Source of the DNA: Candidatus Eiseniibacteriota bacterium
GTDB lineage: Bacteria; Eisenbacteria; RBG-16-71-46
DNA length: 64,000 nt
Direction of reading: 5' to 3'
Assembly: GCA_963707915.1 (NCBI GenBank)
Contig: OY970178.1
Span: 3,360,001 to 3,424,000 of the forward strand
In this document: piece after piece, positions 63,478 to 64,000 of the stretch
Position numbering within the stretch: the stretch's first letter is position 1
Layout: every line of letters starts with the position of its first letter
Position numbers and translations under genes: made by a program
Notes under the pieces: model-generated
Database searches by the model: none
Told to the model about the DNA's origin: nothing
What the model saw: only the letters and a program-made list of their open reading frames with translations

Positions 63478-64000
63478 GGCAGCACCTCGATGCCACCGTC
63501 CACCGTGGACGGCAGCAGGCAGCCCAGCGCGCGTGCGGTCGCGGGATTGAGCACCACGCGCGTGCGCCGCAGCGGCAGCACGTTGATGTCGCCGGCCCGT
63601 TCGCCGTTGTGGATGCGGCGCACGATCCCCGCGGCCTGCGTGCCCATCCAGGCGTAGTCGGGAGCCGCGGCCACGAGCGCGCCGGAGCGGACCAGCGACT
63701 CCGAGAAGACCAGCAACGGCTTGTGCTGCGCCAGCGAGAGCTCGAGCAGGGCGCGGAAGGCCTCGGGCGTGGCGACGGTCGGGTCGGCCGGCAGCCACAG
63801 GGCGTCCACCCTGCCGGCCAGGTCGCGGGCCACCTGCTGGAAGTCCGACAGGTCCCCGACCGGCGCCTCGACCAGCGTGATGCCGGCGGCATCGGCGGCG
63901 GCGCGCGCCCGGCGTGCCAGGGCGGCGCCGCTCGTCTTGCCGAAGAGCAGCCCCACGCGCTTCACGCCGGGCAACGAGGTCCGCAGCGCGGCGAGGTCGC
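63474..64000 (-). CDS. ABC-type substrate-binding protein, partial
   Basis: PGVKRVGLL, VDALWL..D, V..GAL, G.QA, LN..TARALG. Confidence 0.8.
   Translation of the reverse strand, partial: DLAALRTSLPGVKRVGLLFGKTSGAALARRARAAADAAGITLVEAPVGDLSDFQQVARDLAGRVDALWLPADPTVATPEAFRALLELSLAQHKPLLVFSESLVRSGALVAAAPDYAWMGTQAAGIVRRIHNGERAGDINVLPLRRTRVVLNPATARALGCLLPSTVDGGIEVLP

Overview
The window has two parts. (1) Bases 1 to ~26,440 are the right-hand part of an integrative, probably mobilizable, element that ends with excisionase and tyrosine integrase just upstream of tRNA-Ser(CGA); its left end lies outside the window. Backbone: a putative ssDNA-annealing gene, a RecB/Cas4-like nuclease, RadC and DUF932 (all with single-base frameshifts), MT-A70 MTase, VirD4-like coupling protein, replication-relaxation relaxase, xis and int. 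Cargo, mostly defence-like: a cupin/SAM-MTase/SDR/TM-NACHT/nucleotidyltransferase cluster, a PD-(D/E)XK protein, a translationally coupled Dam-ParB-PRTase operon, a type I R-M system with half-size HsdS, and a TPR-wHTH regulator divergent from a 21-aa GG-tailed micro-ORF, an E2-like protein and a JAB-E1(ThiF) fusion. That last module looks like a ubiquitin-like conjugation system without a canonical Ubl and is the best candidate for an undescribed system. (2) Bases ~26,450 to 64,000 are very GC-rich core chromosome: 4 tRNAs, SRP RNA, dnaX-ybaB-recR, mglBA, pgpA, csp, cinA, thpR, recA with a LAGLIDADG intein, recX, alaS, rmlA/rmlD/gmhA/ubiA-like, ispE, spoVG, prs, rplY, pth, rpsF, rpsR, rplI, PPIase, DUF151, TonB, amidase, hybrid kinase and a partial SBP gene. 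All calls come from motif reading by eye; no database search was run.
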